DNA of 64,000 nucleotides from Leucoraja erinacea (lineage: Eukaryota), in contig NC_073410.1 in NCBI RefSeq assembly GCF_028641065.1, positions 310,001 to 374,000 of the forward strand. Reading direction: 5' to 3'. The notes beneath the pieces are model-generated. The model was not told where the DNA came from, made no database searches, and saw only the letters and a list, made by a program, of their open reading frames with translations. Shown here piece after piece: positions 38,698 through 51,408 of this stretch. Both the position numbers and the translations under genes were made by a program. Position 1 is the first letter of the stretch. Each line of letters begins with the position of its first letter.

Positions 38698-39600
38698 AGG
38701 GGGCGCTGTGTCTGTGTCTCCGGTACTGCAGGGGGCGCTGTGTCTGTGTCTCCAGTACTGCAGGGGGCGCTGTGTCTGTGTCTCCAGTACTGCAGGGGGC
38801 GCTGTGTCTCTGTGTCTCCAGTACTGCAGGGGGCGCTGTGTCTCCAGTACTGCAGGGGGCTGCAGTACTGCAGGGGCTGGTGCGCTGTGTCTCCAGTACT
38901 GCAGGGGGCGCTGTGTCTGTGTCTCCAGTACTGCAGGGGGGGAGGGGGGCGTACTGTGTCTCCGGTACTGCAGGGGGCGCTGTCCCTCCAGTACTGCAGG
39001 GGGCGCTGTGTCTCCGGTACTGCAGGGGGCGCTGTGTCTGTACTGTCGCTGTGTCTCCGTACTGCAGGGGGCGCTGTGTCTGTGTCTCCAGTACTGCAGG
39101 GGGCGCTGTGTCTCCGGTACTGCAGGGGGCGCTGTGTCTCCAGTACTGCAGGGGGCGCTGTGCCTCCAGTACTGCAGGGGGCGCTGTGTCTCCAGTACTG
39201 CAGGGGGCGCTGTGTCTGCAGGGGGCGCTGTGCCTCCAGTACTGCAGGGGGCGCTGTGTCTCCGGTACTGCAGGGGGCGCTGTGTCTCCAGTACTGCAGG
39301 GGGCGCTGTGTCTCCAGTACTGCAGGGGGCGCTGTCTCCGTGTCAGTGGGCGCTGTGTCTCCAGTACTGCAGGGGGCGCTGTGTCTCCAGTACTGCAGGG
39401 GGCGCTGTGTCTCTCCGGTACTGGGGCGGGGCGCTGTGTCTCCAGTACTCTCAGTACTGGGGGCTGCTGTGTCTCCAGTACTGCAGGGGGCGCTGTGTGT
39501 CTCCAGTACTGCAGGGGGCGCTGTGCTCCAGTACTGGGGGGCTGGGGGTACGGGGGGGGCGCTGTCTGTGTCTCCGGTACGAGGGGGCGCTGGGTCCAGT
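38694..39600. repeat. Minisatellite, 26-bp unit (TGTGTCTCCAGTACTGCAGGGGGCGC) with 32-bp variants, about 30 units
   Basis: Seen directly; accounts for the repetitive ORFs on both strands. Confidence 0.95.
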
Positions 39601-39774
39601 ACGCAGGGAGCGCTGTGACGGGCCCGGTCACTGAAGGGGGCGGTGGGGTAAGTGACAGGGGGCGCTGGCCCACGGGGGGGGGGGGGGCAGGGGGGAGTGG
39701 GTACTGCAGGGGGGGCTGTGTCTCCAGGGGGGTCGAGGACTAGAGGGGGCAGGGGTGGGGAGGATGTGTGTGGG

Positions 39775-40140
39775 GACGGGGGTCAACAGGGTTCCGGACA
39801 GGCCGGTGGTGGAGCGGTCACGGGCCTCCTGAACCGGCCGTGTGGGGGGTCAGCAGGGGGGGGGGGGGGGGGGGGGGAGGCCGGGTAAGGGAGGTCGAGG
39901 ACTCCCCTGGGGTGGGTGGGGGGGGTCAGCAGGGTTCCGGACAGGCCGGGTGTGGAGTGGTCACTCCCCTGTGTGGGGGGTCAGCAGGGTTCCGGACAGG
40001 CCGGTGGTGGAGTGGTCACTCCCCTGTGTGGGGGGTCAGCAGGGTCCGGACAGGCCGGGTGTGGAGTGGTCACTCCCCTGTGTGGGGGGGAGCAGGGTTC
40101 CGGACAGGCCGGGTGGTGGAGTGGTCACTCCCCTGTGTGA
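39775..40140. repeat. Minisatellite, 55-bp unit, 4 tandem copies plus one diverged upstream copy
   Basis: CAGCAGGG starts at 39927, 39982 and 40037, variant at ~40091; internal GGAGTG-GT-CACTCC palindrome. Confidence 0.9.
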
Positions 40141-41214
40141 GTGGACGTGTTGCTCGTGTTTATTGCCGGAGACTTTGACACGAATGTGATTGCTCAAGAC
40201 ATTCACTGATCTTTGTCAGAAATGAATCCTGGAACTGGAACACTGACCTGATTTATAATTGAAGTAAATTAAACATGAAGCCTATTCCCCGATGTTTATA
40301 CCGACAGCCACACACGTTATAGCCGAAAAAAACAAAGTGCTGGGGAACTCAACGGGTGAGTCGGGCAGCATCTGTAGAGGGAGCGGGCAGATATGTACAG
40401 GAACCCAGCAGTCTCTTGTATCTGCAGACAGGTTTTAGGAGTTAACACAGAAACAAAAAATGTTGATTAAACTCAGCAAATCAGGCAGCATCAAAGATAA
40501 ATGGTCGACCTTTTCAATATTTAACCCTTTGATCAAAAGCTACAGCTATTTATTGTTCCTAGCAAGTGTTTTATTTATGTACCGTGTGAATACTACAGGG
40601 ATATATTCGATGATGTTGTTGGGGCTTATCAAAAGCAAAATACTGAGGGCACTGGAGGTTTTGAATACAAACAAAAACACTGGAAACTCTCACAGGGCTG
40701 ACTTCACCTCGACAAAGAGCAAGACAGTTAATGTTCAGTCATTTCAGGCCAACAGTTGAAGCTTTGTTTATTTGTTACTGGCAGTAAAAATGTATTTGTT
40801 AATTTGAACGTTGTTTAAGCAGTGAATTTGTAATCATGCGTTTTTGCAATCCAAAACACTGCTTGATACAGATCAGTATGTAACCAGCTTGGTTTGGACT
40901 AGATAGGTGTAACCTGCAGAATTGATTTTCAAAACATAATCTTGTGAATTATTTACCAAAACGTGTTGGGTATTGCTTTCATTTGAGAAGGCAGTTTCAA
41001 AAATATGTTTTGAGTGTCCTTGGTGCTGCTTACGCGAGTAAACATTTGGGTTATAATCACAATGTTTGAGTGCTAATAAAGATTTAGAATTAAAATTCAT
41101 ACTCAATATATGTTGTCTAAAAGATGTTAATGTGAAAATGGTGAACTTAACATTCAGTCTTTGTGGCTGGGTACTGTACACGTTTTCCTAACACAACTTT
41201 TAGGTTTACAGGTT

Positions 41215-41477
41215 TAATTCTGACCTCGGGCGCTAACTGTGAAGTTTGCATATTCTCCCTATGACCACGTGGGTTTCCTCCAGGTACTTGGGTTTCCTCC
41301 CACATCCTAAAGACATGTGGGTTTGTAGGTTAATTGGCCATTGTAAATTGCCCCTAAAGTAAGGAGTGGATGAGAAAGTGGGATGACGTAGAACTAGTGT
41401 GAACGGATGATCAATGGTCAGTGAGGATTCGGTGGGGGTGAAGGGCCTGTTTCCATGCTGTATCTCGGAACTAAACT
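41215..41477 (+). mobile_element. V-SINE, 5'-truncated
   Basis: V-domain core and tail as in 20442-20745. Confidence 0.8.
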
Positions 41478-44400
41478 GTTGACCATTGCTTTGTGGATAA
41501 CTGAAAGGTTTTGTGGAGTTGCTCTTGGCAGGAAATTTGGTCTCTGATTTACTGCTTTAGGTATATACTTATCCAATTAAACCCAATGCCCAATCCTTGC
41601 ATGTAACCATGGCACCCATCTAAGCTAGTCTCATTGCCCATGTTTCATTAATATCCCCTAAACCTTTCCGATATTGTTCCAGTTAAATGTATATTCCATA
41701 TACGCACCACTCTCTAAGTGAAAAGGTTGCCCCTTGGGTTCCTATAAAATCTTTCCTCTCTCCCCTTAAACCTATGCCCTATATGTTTTCATTCCCCAAC
41801 CCTGGGTAAAAAAAACTCAACTGCTTCACCAGCGTCTTGTACAACTGTAACATAATGTCCTACTTCAATATTCATGTCCTTAATGATGAAAGCCAGCAAG
41901 CCAAAAGCCTTCTTATTCACTATATTAAGTCCTATTCTGCATTGCCGTATAAAAATGCAATGCCTTGTGCTCATCTCAATTAAACTTTATTTGATTCAAA
42001 CTGGAGAGGCAACCTTTTTCACTTCAAGGGTGAAATGAGCTGCTAGAGTGGATAATTGAGGCAGATATTATAATAGCATTAAGACACTTGGACAGGAATA
42101 TCTAAGTAGTGGTTTAGAGGGATATGGACCAACTGCAGGCAAATTGGAATAAAGCTTAGATGGGGCATGTTGGTTGGCATGGAGAAGTTGGCCTGAAGGT
42201 CATTTCTGTGCTCTACGATCCTTTGACTTTGTCCACTTACCCAGCTAATCAATGTAATTCTGGATAATATCCTTCACTGTATACAATACCATCTACTGCA
42301 TCTACCACCCGGGCCCATCAGCCTTCTTGGTTACTTGTTAAAAAAACTCAAATCAAATCTGTGAAACAGGGTCTCTCATGCACAAAGCCATGATGACTCC
42401 CTAATCAGCCCCTATCTGTCCAATAACACGTATATCCTATCCCTCAGTCTTATATCCAGTGAATTTGCCTCTCCCTAGTAGGACCCTCTCTATATTGCCC
42501 GAGGAAACCTTTCCTGAACATATTTAATAAATTCCACCTGATCTAACCCCATGTCCCAGTTTATATTAATGAAGGTAAAATCCCTTGCTGTGACACCCCA
42601 GTTGTTCTTACAGCTGTCTGCAATTACTTGGTATATTTTTCTTCTAATTCTCATTGACTATTTGGAGGCCTACAGTACAATCCCAACAAGGTGATCATCG
42701 CTTTATTTCTCAGCTCCATCCCTTCACTAGATGATCCCTCAGCAATTTTGCCTCGGACTTGTTGTAATGTTCTAATAAAATCAAAATACAACATTTCCTC
42801 CTCTCTTCAACTCTGTCCTGCCTGCAGCACCTGAACCCTGGAACATTTAGCTGCCAGTCTATCTCCCTTGGCTATGTATCTGTATTGGCTATAATATCTA
42901 AAGTCCCACAGACCTGTCCATGCCATGAGTTCATCCGTCTTGCTTGACAGGCCTCTTGTATTAAAGTAAATGCAAATAAATCCAATAGCCTTTGCTCCCT
43001 GCTATGCTCCTACCTGTTTTGTCAACAGGACTTGCTCGTTTTGACTTTAATAACAACCTCCAGTCTCTCATCTGACTTCCTACTGCTTTGAATCCCAACC
43101 CCCTGCTAATCTAGTTTAAACCCTCCCTTGTAGCATAGCCCCTCCTCCTGTTCAGGTGCAACTCATTGCTCTTTTACAGGTCACCTCTGCCTCAGAAATC
43201 TGAACGGTCAAAAAATCTGAGTCACTGCCCCCTGCACCAACTCCTCAGCCGCCTCATTTATGTGTCCTATCCTATTCCTCCTTTCATTAGCACAAGCACT
43301 GGGTTCAACCACGAGATTCCTGCCCTCAAGTTCTGCTTTTTTGCCTTTTGCTTACAGCTGTCAATGCTATTTTATTGTTAAGTATTTAAAAACAAATTTG
43401 TGGTGGATAATGTTTACACTGCATGCAGGATCTGCCATTTGCATGAAGTACTCAGCCATAAAAGTAGCTGATGCTGTCAATTTGCAAAAAGGCTGCAATT
43501 TATCAGCACAGCAAGTGCACCAACTCATGAACACGTACTCAAGGTGTGGTATGTCAGTGCTTACTCAATGGCAATGTTCTCATCAGTCTGTCACTTTCAA
43601 ACTCGTGACTGGATCAGTTTTATTGTTGCACCCCATGCAGGACTGGAATAGGTTTGACTTTTGTCATAATTAAATATGGTTTAATTCGGCTAGTTTTTGT
43701 AAAAAGGTGTTTTCCAGTTTAAAAAAAAGAATATTTTAATGTATAGCTTCTAGAAATGCTAAGAACCAATTCATGGCTTGCAGCAACTATGAGATAGACC
43801 ATCCACACCATGCATTCAGACCCACACAGTGAAAGCCACATGAGACTACATGTGGAGGGATTTTTGTAGAATTATTACAAGCAAGTCAGTGTATTTGTTC
43901 CAGCATGTGGCATGTTCAGATTTAGTTTCAGATTCAATTTTAATTGTCATTGTCAGTGTACAGTACAGAGACAACGAAATGTTCATTTGGGCTTCACACA
44001 GAAATTGCTGTTTACTTCTGACATTCTTTCCCCATTGTGCATATGAAGTTATATACACTGTACTCTGTATAAAGACTACAATATTAACATTGACATCATC
44101 TGACTATAAAATATATATGATGCTTTCCCTAAACCAGTTCTTGCTGTTGGATGGCATTTGTAGGTTGATACTAATCTTTGAGTGGATTTTTGAGATTTTT
44201 TCTGCATTTTAATTGGTACATTCCATTTATATTACAGATACCTTTAAATTTAGTGACAGAATAATGCGCGGTGGGAACTGGTTTGCAAAGAATGAGTCTA
44301 ACCTTGAATGGAGATTCATTATAATTTGCTGCAGAGTACCTTTGTCATTATTGCTTTTAAAATAGGTCCTAGTTACTAATATTCGCAGCCATTTCCTGTG

Positions 44401-46210
44401 ACTTTTAATGCGCTGGTTTAAATTGTCAGTCTTAGAAAAATATATGCTAAAATATGCTTTTCAATGTTTCCATCAAATGAAATGTAACCTAACTTCACAA
44501 ACGTTCCTGGTATTCTATGGGATGTGGCCATCAGTGGCAATGCCAGCAATTAATGCCTAGCCATGATTGTGCTTGTGTAAGTGGATGATGGTGGTGAGCA
44601 CCTTAGCTGTTGAAGTTCACCTGGTGAAGATGCTTCGTAATGTTGTTGGGTTGTGAGTTTCTAGGTTTTGATCCAGTGATGATCAATGATATATTTTTAA
44701 TATGGTGTGCTTCTTGGAGGGATTTATCCTGTTGGTGGTGTTCCCATGTGTTTGAAGCCCTTGTTTGTGGTGCTGAAGGTCACCGTGTTTATAAGGTGCT
44801 GTCGGAGCAGCCTCAGTGAGTAACAGCAGTGCACTGCAGCTAGAAATAAAGGATGGTGAGCAGCCAACTAGCCAAGCAAGCTGCATGTCCTGGATGCTGC
44901 CACCTTGTTGATTATTGCTTGAGCTGTATTAAGTAGCAGTGGAAAGTAGGTAGATAGGGCATGTGCTGCAGAGTACACAGTCTCTGACTTGCTCTTATAA
45001 ATGCTCTCACAGTATTTATGCCATGTGGCGAGCTTTTGATCAGTGGTGACAATTGCCCCTCCCCAGGCTGTTGATGCCAGGGGAGCTCTACAATGGTGAT
45101 GTTATTGAATGCCAAAGGTAAGTGGTTACACTTTCTTGTTGGACCTTGCCATCTGCAGCAGTCTTGGTTTGTATGTTCTGGTCACATATCCCATGTCTGA
45201 ATGATGTCTTACTGCATGGCAGCCATTGGCTTTTTCATTTGCTTAGGCGTTGAGAGTGGAGTTGAATGCTTCTGAACTTCTGATGGGTGAGCTTCCTGAG
45301 ATGAGGTGCTGAAACATTCAACAACAACAGCCAGCTACCTCTATGTGAGGTTCCTCCTGTCTACCACCTAGTGTTAGCAACCTTTCCAATCTGTTCCAAA
45401 GTCCCACAAATTCCTTCATGAGCTAAATGGACAAAGGATGCTGAGAAGTGTTTGTGCAATAGATAATGTTATCTTTTGCCCTTTGCTCAGAAGGAATTTT
45501 GAAGATATAGGTCATTTAGGCACAGATTAGAACATTACGTGTCCAGGGGACTTTGGAACAAAGTGGCCAGAGTTGCTGAAACAGTACAGTCAGTGTGTGC
45601 TTTAATAATCCTCTGATATAATAGTACTGAATACCATTGTCAGTTCTGGCTGAGAGTGGCATATCAATCAACATACTGAAAGCTGATTGCATCAGTGAAT
45701 AGCTGCTAACCATAGACAAAATCTTGTCCTGCACATCTCATTTAAACTTTGTCCCTGTCACCTTGAAGTTATGCCCTCTAGTATTTGATATTTCCATCCT
45801 GGGGAAAAAAATGTTTTGATTGTCTATCCTATCTATGCCTCTCATAATTTTATACACTTTTAACGTCTCCCCACAACCTCTGGTATTGTTCTATCTCTGT
45901 GTGGATTATGACTGCCTTGGTTTCAATTTAATCTTACCTTTATTTAGTACCAAAACCAACATTGTGAGACAGTTTTGTTGCCTAAATTTGTACCCTTACC
46001 TTCTACTGAGTGAAGGGCAATCCTACTTTGGGCACCGTTTAAATCCACCGGGAGGGGTTTGGATGATGTGGAGTGATGTGAGGTTCTAGGCAGTGGTTAA
46101 ATAGTGCCCCACAGTGAATTGCATTGTTTTTGTGAGAGATAGGAGTAAGGGGATGCTGGCTGCACCATTGCCCCACTTTTGCATTGTCTTTTGTGCAAAT
46201 ATTAGTAGCA

Positions 46211-46637
46211 TTTCAGATTCAACTTTAATTGTCATTGTCAGTGTACAGTACAGAGACAACGAAATGCAGTTAGCATCTCCCTGGAAGAGCGACATAGAAT
46301 ATGATTTCAATAAATAAATCTATTTACATGCATACAGTCATAGTGTTTTTCCTGTGGGAGGAGTGTCCGGGGGGGGGCGGGGGTGATTGGTAGTCACCGA
46401 GGTACATTGTTGAGTAGTGTGACAGCCGCAGGGAAGAAGCTGTTCCTGGACCTGCTGGTCCAGCAACGGAGAGACCTGTAGCCCCTCCCGGATGGTAGAA
46501 GGGTAAACAGTCCATGGTTGGGGTGAGAGCAGTCCTTGGCGATGCTGAGCGCCCTTCGCAGACAACGCTTGCTTTGGACAGACTCAATGGAGGGGAGCGA
46601 GGAACCGGTGATGCGTTGGGCAACTTTCACCACCCTG
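46211..46637 (-). mobile_element. Rex/Babar LINE 3' end
   Basis: VVKVAQRITGSSLPSI...DCSHPNHGLFTLLPSGR...NSFFPAAVTLLN; the terminal ~55 nt recur at 43925-43982. Confidence 0.85.
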
Positions 46638-47293
46638 CTGAGTAGTATGTGATATGAACTTCACATGAAGATTATAGTTACATTATGATATCAGAAAGGA
46701 TTGGAAATACTGTATGTTACCTCAATTAAACTACTTTCATTTAAAAACCTGCAAATTAATTAATTTTACTTGGATCAAATACCTAATGTTAATTCTGTAT
46801 TAAAATATGTACTATGCTTCTAAATAGCACATCCTTTTTTCTGCAAGATGACAGATGTACATTTAGAAACAAATGAAGTGATGCCTTTAATAGTTGGACA
46901 GAAATGGGTGAATCAGGAGTGATTTGCAGTTACTGAAAGCAAGGTAGAGGTTAGAGTTGACAGAGCATGTTTAGCTGTGTCATCCTGGTTTATGTACAGG
47001 TGCAGGTGCAAAAGTCGGATTGAAACGAAACTGCATCTTCAGCAACATTTATATTTAAAAGGCACAGTCAAGAGTTCGTCAAGTGGGCTATCGTCAGAGT
47101 TGTGTGTGTTTCTCATTGGTGGAATTGGATTATATAAAGCTAGTGACTGCTACTCTTTGGTAAGAGTAACATATTTCTCAGGCTGACCTGGTTGTCCTCT
47201 GGCATAAATGCAAGAAATTAATTGGATATAGATCTTTGCCACAGTAATCACTCGAGTATTTCAGAGCAGTCGCATTGAGATTAGCTGTGTGTC

Positions 47294-47487
47294 GACACAG
47301 AGTACTGGAGTAACTCAGCGGGTCAGGCAGCATCACAGAGTGCTGGAGTAACTCAGCGGGTCAGGCAGCATCACAGAGTGCTGGAGTAACTCAGCGGGTC
47401 AGGCAGCATCACAGAGTGCTGGAGTAACTCAGCGGGTCAGGCAGCATCTCTGGAGAGAAGGAATGGGCGAGACCCTTCTTCAGACTG
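47294..47487 (-). mobile_element. Penelope-derived short element with an internal 38-bp unit repeated four times
   Basis: CACAGAGTGCTGGAGTAACTCAGCGGGTCAGGCAGCAT x4, then CCCTTCTTCAGACTGA. Confidence 0.8.
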
Positions 47488-48354
47488 AAGATATTTGGGC
47501 TGAAGTGCTGAGCTTTAGCTTGTGAGGCTTCAGTGAGGAGGCTGAGCTGTACGTAAGGTCAGGTAAGCTCCTTTAACTTTACTCTTCAGACTAAGTACAA
47601 CTGGGATTGCCATATCATGTGACCCAAACTCTTGACTGTATTTTTAAAATATAAATGTTTCTATGGAAGCAGTTTAGTTTCAATCCTTCAAATTCCCAAT
47701 CTCTCAGTTTATCCAGTCACAGGAATTGAACAATACCATGTTGGTAATTAGGATGGTGGCAGTGAGCTTTACATGTATCCAAGCTTTACATGAGTGAGAC
47801 TTGGAAGTATGGAATATAGGAGTCTGGAGACGGTTGTTAGATTGGTTGAAGTGAGAGAGGAGTCGGCAAGTGATAGCTGTAGAAATCTTTGTGATATGAA
47901 GAGTATGAGGTCATCTACGCTCCATCTTGGAAGTATGAAATGTGTTGGGGTAGACCATGTGGCTCTCCAGAGATGCTGCCTGTCAAACCGAGTTATTCCA
48001 GCACTTTGTTTTTTATGCACCAGCATCTAAGTGCCTTGTTTCCCCATAACATTTTTGTTGGCTGCAGGACAATACTGATTTTCTAATGCTTAACATATGA
48101 TATTTGTGACTGAGGAATGGTTGGTTACTTGTTCAGCAGGGCTGGACTGAGTTATAAACGACAGAAACTAATACAAGAGATGTTGTTCACTCTTTGTTTA
48201 GTGCTTTGAATTAGATTAACTAAAAAACAATTAGCATTGCTTTTGTAGTACATTCGGATATTTTTACACAAATATTTGCATTTTAAACTTGGTAGTGTTT
48301 ATGGAAAAAGAAATCCAAAGGTGAGTTCCATTAAATATGAACTCATTGTAAAAT

Positions 48355-48690
48355 GCAGTGACACAGCTGGTAGAGTTGCTACTTCACAAATGCTAGAGAC
48401 CTGGTTCGATCCTGACCTCGGGTGGTGTTTTTGAAGATTGCAAGTTCCCCCTATAACAACCTCCGGGTGCTCTGGATTTCTCTCACATCATGAAGGCATT
48501 GCAGGTTTATATGTTGTAGGTTAATTGGCCTCTGTAAATTGCCCCTACAATGTAGTGTGTGAATGGGAAAGTGAGATAACATGAAACTAGTGTGAACGGG
48601 TGATCGATGGACAGCGTAGCCTCACTGAGCCAATAAGCTTATATCCATGCTGAGGACCGAGATACTTGCTGTATCTCTAAGCTCAACTAA
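48355..48690 (+). mobile_element. Diverged V-SINE
   Basis: Head, core and tail recognisable. Confidence 0.7.
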
Positions 48691-48879
48691 TCATCTTGCT
48701 CAATGCATGTCTGGTCGAATTAGATTTAGTGCTTGCAGCAGGAATGGGTGTGTCATTTCAATGGGATGCGGGAAATGGTTTTAAAATGTTAATTTGGTCC
48801 CCAATATTGACTGGTACTTAGTTCAAGAGGATTAGACAGGGCCAAATGTTTTAGGTGTATCCAAGAGGTTTCCTTACAC

Positions 48880-50495
48880 AGTATGTAGATATCTGACTCG
48901 TGGAGGGACCATACTGGACCTTGTATTCGGAAACCAGCCTGGCCAAGTCTCCCATCAGACATAAGGGAACCGTGGATGACCAAGGAGGTTGTAAACTTGG
49001 TCAGGAAGAAAAAATAAATGAATGTCAGATTTAAGAAAGTTGTGTTAGACGGGGCTTATGTGGAATATGAAGCGAGTGGGAAAGAACTCAAGCGGGCGAT
49101 TAGAAGAGCGATGAAAAGTCATTGGCAAGTCGGATTAAGGAAAATCCAAAGGCTTTTTATACGTATGTTAAAGAAGAGGGTGACTAGGGAGAAGGTTGGG
49201 CCGCTCGGATAAAGGAGTGTAGGTATCAATGCTTGTAGATGAGGTTGTAAATAAGTATGTTGCATCTGTATTCACTGAGGAGGACTTGGAGAGCAGTGAG
49301 ATCAGCATGGAGAATTAGGGTGACATAGTGGCACAGCGGTAGAGTTGCTGCCTTGCAGCGCCAGAGACCTGGATTTGATCCTGACCCTAGGTGCTGTCTG
49401 TACGGAGTTTGTACGTTCTCCCTGTGACTGCATGGATTTTCTCTGTGTTCCGGTTTCCTTTTGCATTTCAAAGACGTGTAGGTTTGCGCATTAATTGACT
49501 TCTGTAAATTGTCCCTAATATTTAGGATAGAACTAGTGTAGGGATTATCACTGGTCAGCGTGGACTCGGTAGGCCGAGGGGCCTGTTTCTATGCTGTATC
49601 TCTCAACTAATCCAAATATAAATTTCTAGTGCAGTACGAGGTGGCGCTGTGGCTCTTGAAGAGCATTTAGGTGGATAAGGGCCTGATGGAATCTATCCCA
49701 TTATTGAGGGGGAGTTTAATCCAAGCAAGTGTGAGGTTGAATGAAAAGGGAGCATATAGTTAATGGCAAGACTCTTAACAGTATTGATGCACAAAGGCAT
49801 TTGGAAGTCCATATTCATAGCTCACTGAAGATGGCAGCACAAGTAAGTAGGGTGGTAAAGAAGGCGTACGGTATGCTTGCCATCATTATTAGGGGCAATG
49901 AGTATAAGACTAAAGAAACCACGATGCAACAAAGTAAGACCTTGGTTAGGCCGTATTTGGAATATTGCGTGCAGTTCTGTTTGCCCCATTAGAGGAAGGA
50001 TGGAGGCTTTGAAGAGGGTGTAGAGAAGGTTTACCAGAATGCTGCCTGGATTAGAGGGTTTCAGCTACAAGGTGAAGTTGGATAAACTTGGATTGTTTTC
50101 TCTGGAATGTCGAAAGTTGAGGGGAGACTTGAAAGAAATATATAAAATTATGAGCAGCATGGATAGCGTAGCTAGTCAGAACCTTTCTTCCTTAGGGTGG
50201 AAATCTCCAACACTAGAGGGCATATCTATAAAATAAGAGGGAGAAGTTTAATGGATATGCGCTGGCAAGTTTTTTTTACAGAGAGTTGTGGAGACCTGGA
50301 ACACATTGACAAAGGTGGTGGTGGAGGCAGATACGATAGTGGTGTTTAAGATACGTTTAGATAGTCACTTGGAAGTGAAATGAATAGAAGGATATAGATC
50401 ATTGTATCGGCAGATGAAATCAGTTTAACTTCAAACTCAGAACAATCATTGTGGGCCGAAGGGCCCAATCCTGTTCTATATTCCATGTCTATGTT
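48880..50495 (+). mobile_element. Degenerate CR1-like LINE with a nested V-SINE (49320-49608)
   Basis: PWMTKEV, VVKKAYGMLA, LVRPYLEYCVQF, LFSLECRKLRGDL motifs; full SINE interrupts the element. Confidence 0.8.
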
Positions 50496-50833
50496 CTCTG
50501 TGCTTCAGCTTTATTGTGGCTGTCTGTTGCGATGTAGCCAACAGTGGGATTGTTTTTCTTTCAATCAAGCAAGGGAGATTACCACAATCTTGTGGCATCC
50601 AGTGTGAATTCACTTTATAGTACAAAACATTCTATCCTTGAAAGGCCTAGACCCTAAGGAACAAACCACGTCTTAATTTGAAGTATTTATGTAAATGAGG
50701 AACCTTCACATGTGTAATATCTAAGTATATGTAATATTATTTGAAGTATTTTTTCACTCGACTAAATTCTGCTAAATCAGATGTGTAATTCCACACAATG
50801 AAGACCTTTTGTTTGTTTTTTTCCAGTTAAACC

Positions 50834-51408
50834 ATGATGGGAATCCAGTTTAATATCAGACGCTGGAGCAGCAAACATGTTGCCAAGTGGCTAAAGGAGG
50901 AAGGCTTCAGCGATTATGTCGATCTTCTGTGTAATAAGCACAGACTGGATGGTGTCGCCCTGTTAACTTTGACTGAATATGATTTACGCTGCCCACCTTT
51001 AGAACTGAAAGTGTTGGGTGATATTAAAAGGTTAATGGTATCTATTCGGAAACTGCAAAAACAGCACAAAGATGTCCTGACAGAGATGGGTTACACCAGT
51101 GACGATTGTCCTGGTAATGTTACATGTGCCACAAACACTTCACAAGGCATGGACTGCCAGTGCAATGGCGTGGAACACTTTGGGAACAGTGGTGGTTCAG
51201 TTGGAGACACGAATAGTGAACAATTTCAGAATGGTAAATACCACAAACATCAAACACGAAGACTTGACCCCGAATACTGGAAGACTATTTTGAGTTCTAT
51301 TTATGTGTTTATAGTCTTCGGGTTTACATCGATTGTGATGGTAATAGTTCACGAACGTGTCCCTGACATGCAAACCTATCCACCTCTACCAGACATATTC
51401 CTGGATAG
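50834..51408 (+). CDS. SAMD8: SAMD8 (SMSr, sphingomyelin synthase-related) first coding exon: SAM domain and TM1
   Basis: [18 protein letters not shown]...[10 protein letters not shown]...[19 protein letters not shown]; acceptor at 50826 implies an upstream non-coding exon; GTAAGC donor. Confidence 0.96.

Noticed and set aside
38480-39743. Long ORFs of 292-397 aa on both strands
   Set aside because: Translations of a stop-poor minisatellite; periodic peptides in all frames, no splice context
38694-40140. CRISPR-like appearance of the repeat arrays
   Set aside because: No unique spacers, no cas genes, vertebrate context
44515-45350. Possible old LINE 3' end on the minus strand
   Set aside because: Too degenerate to classify by eye
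49320-49400. tRNA-like A/B boxes
   Set aside because: Heads of V-SINEs; no complete cloverleaf
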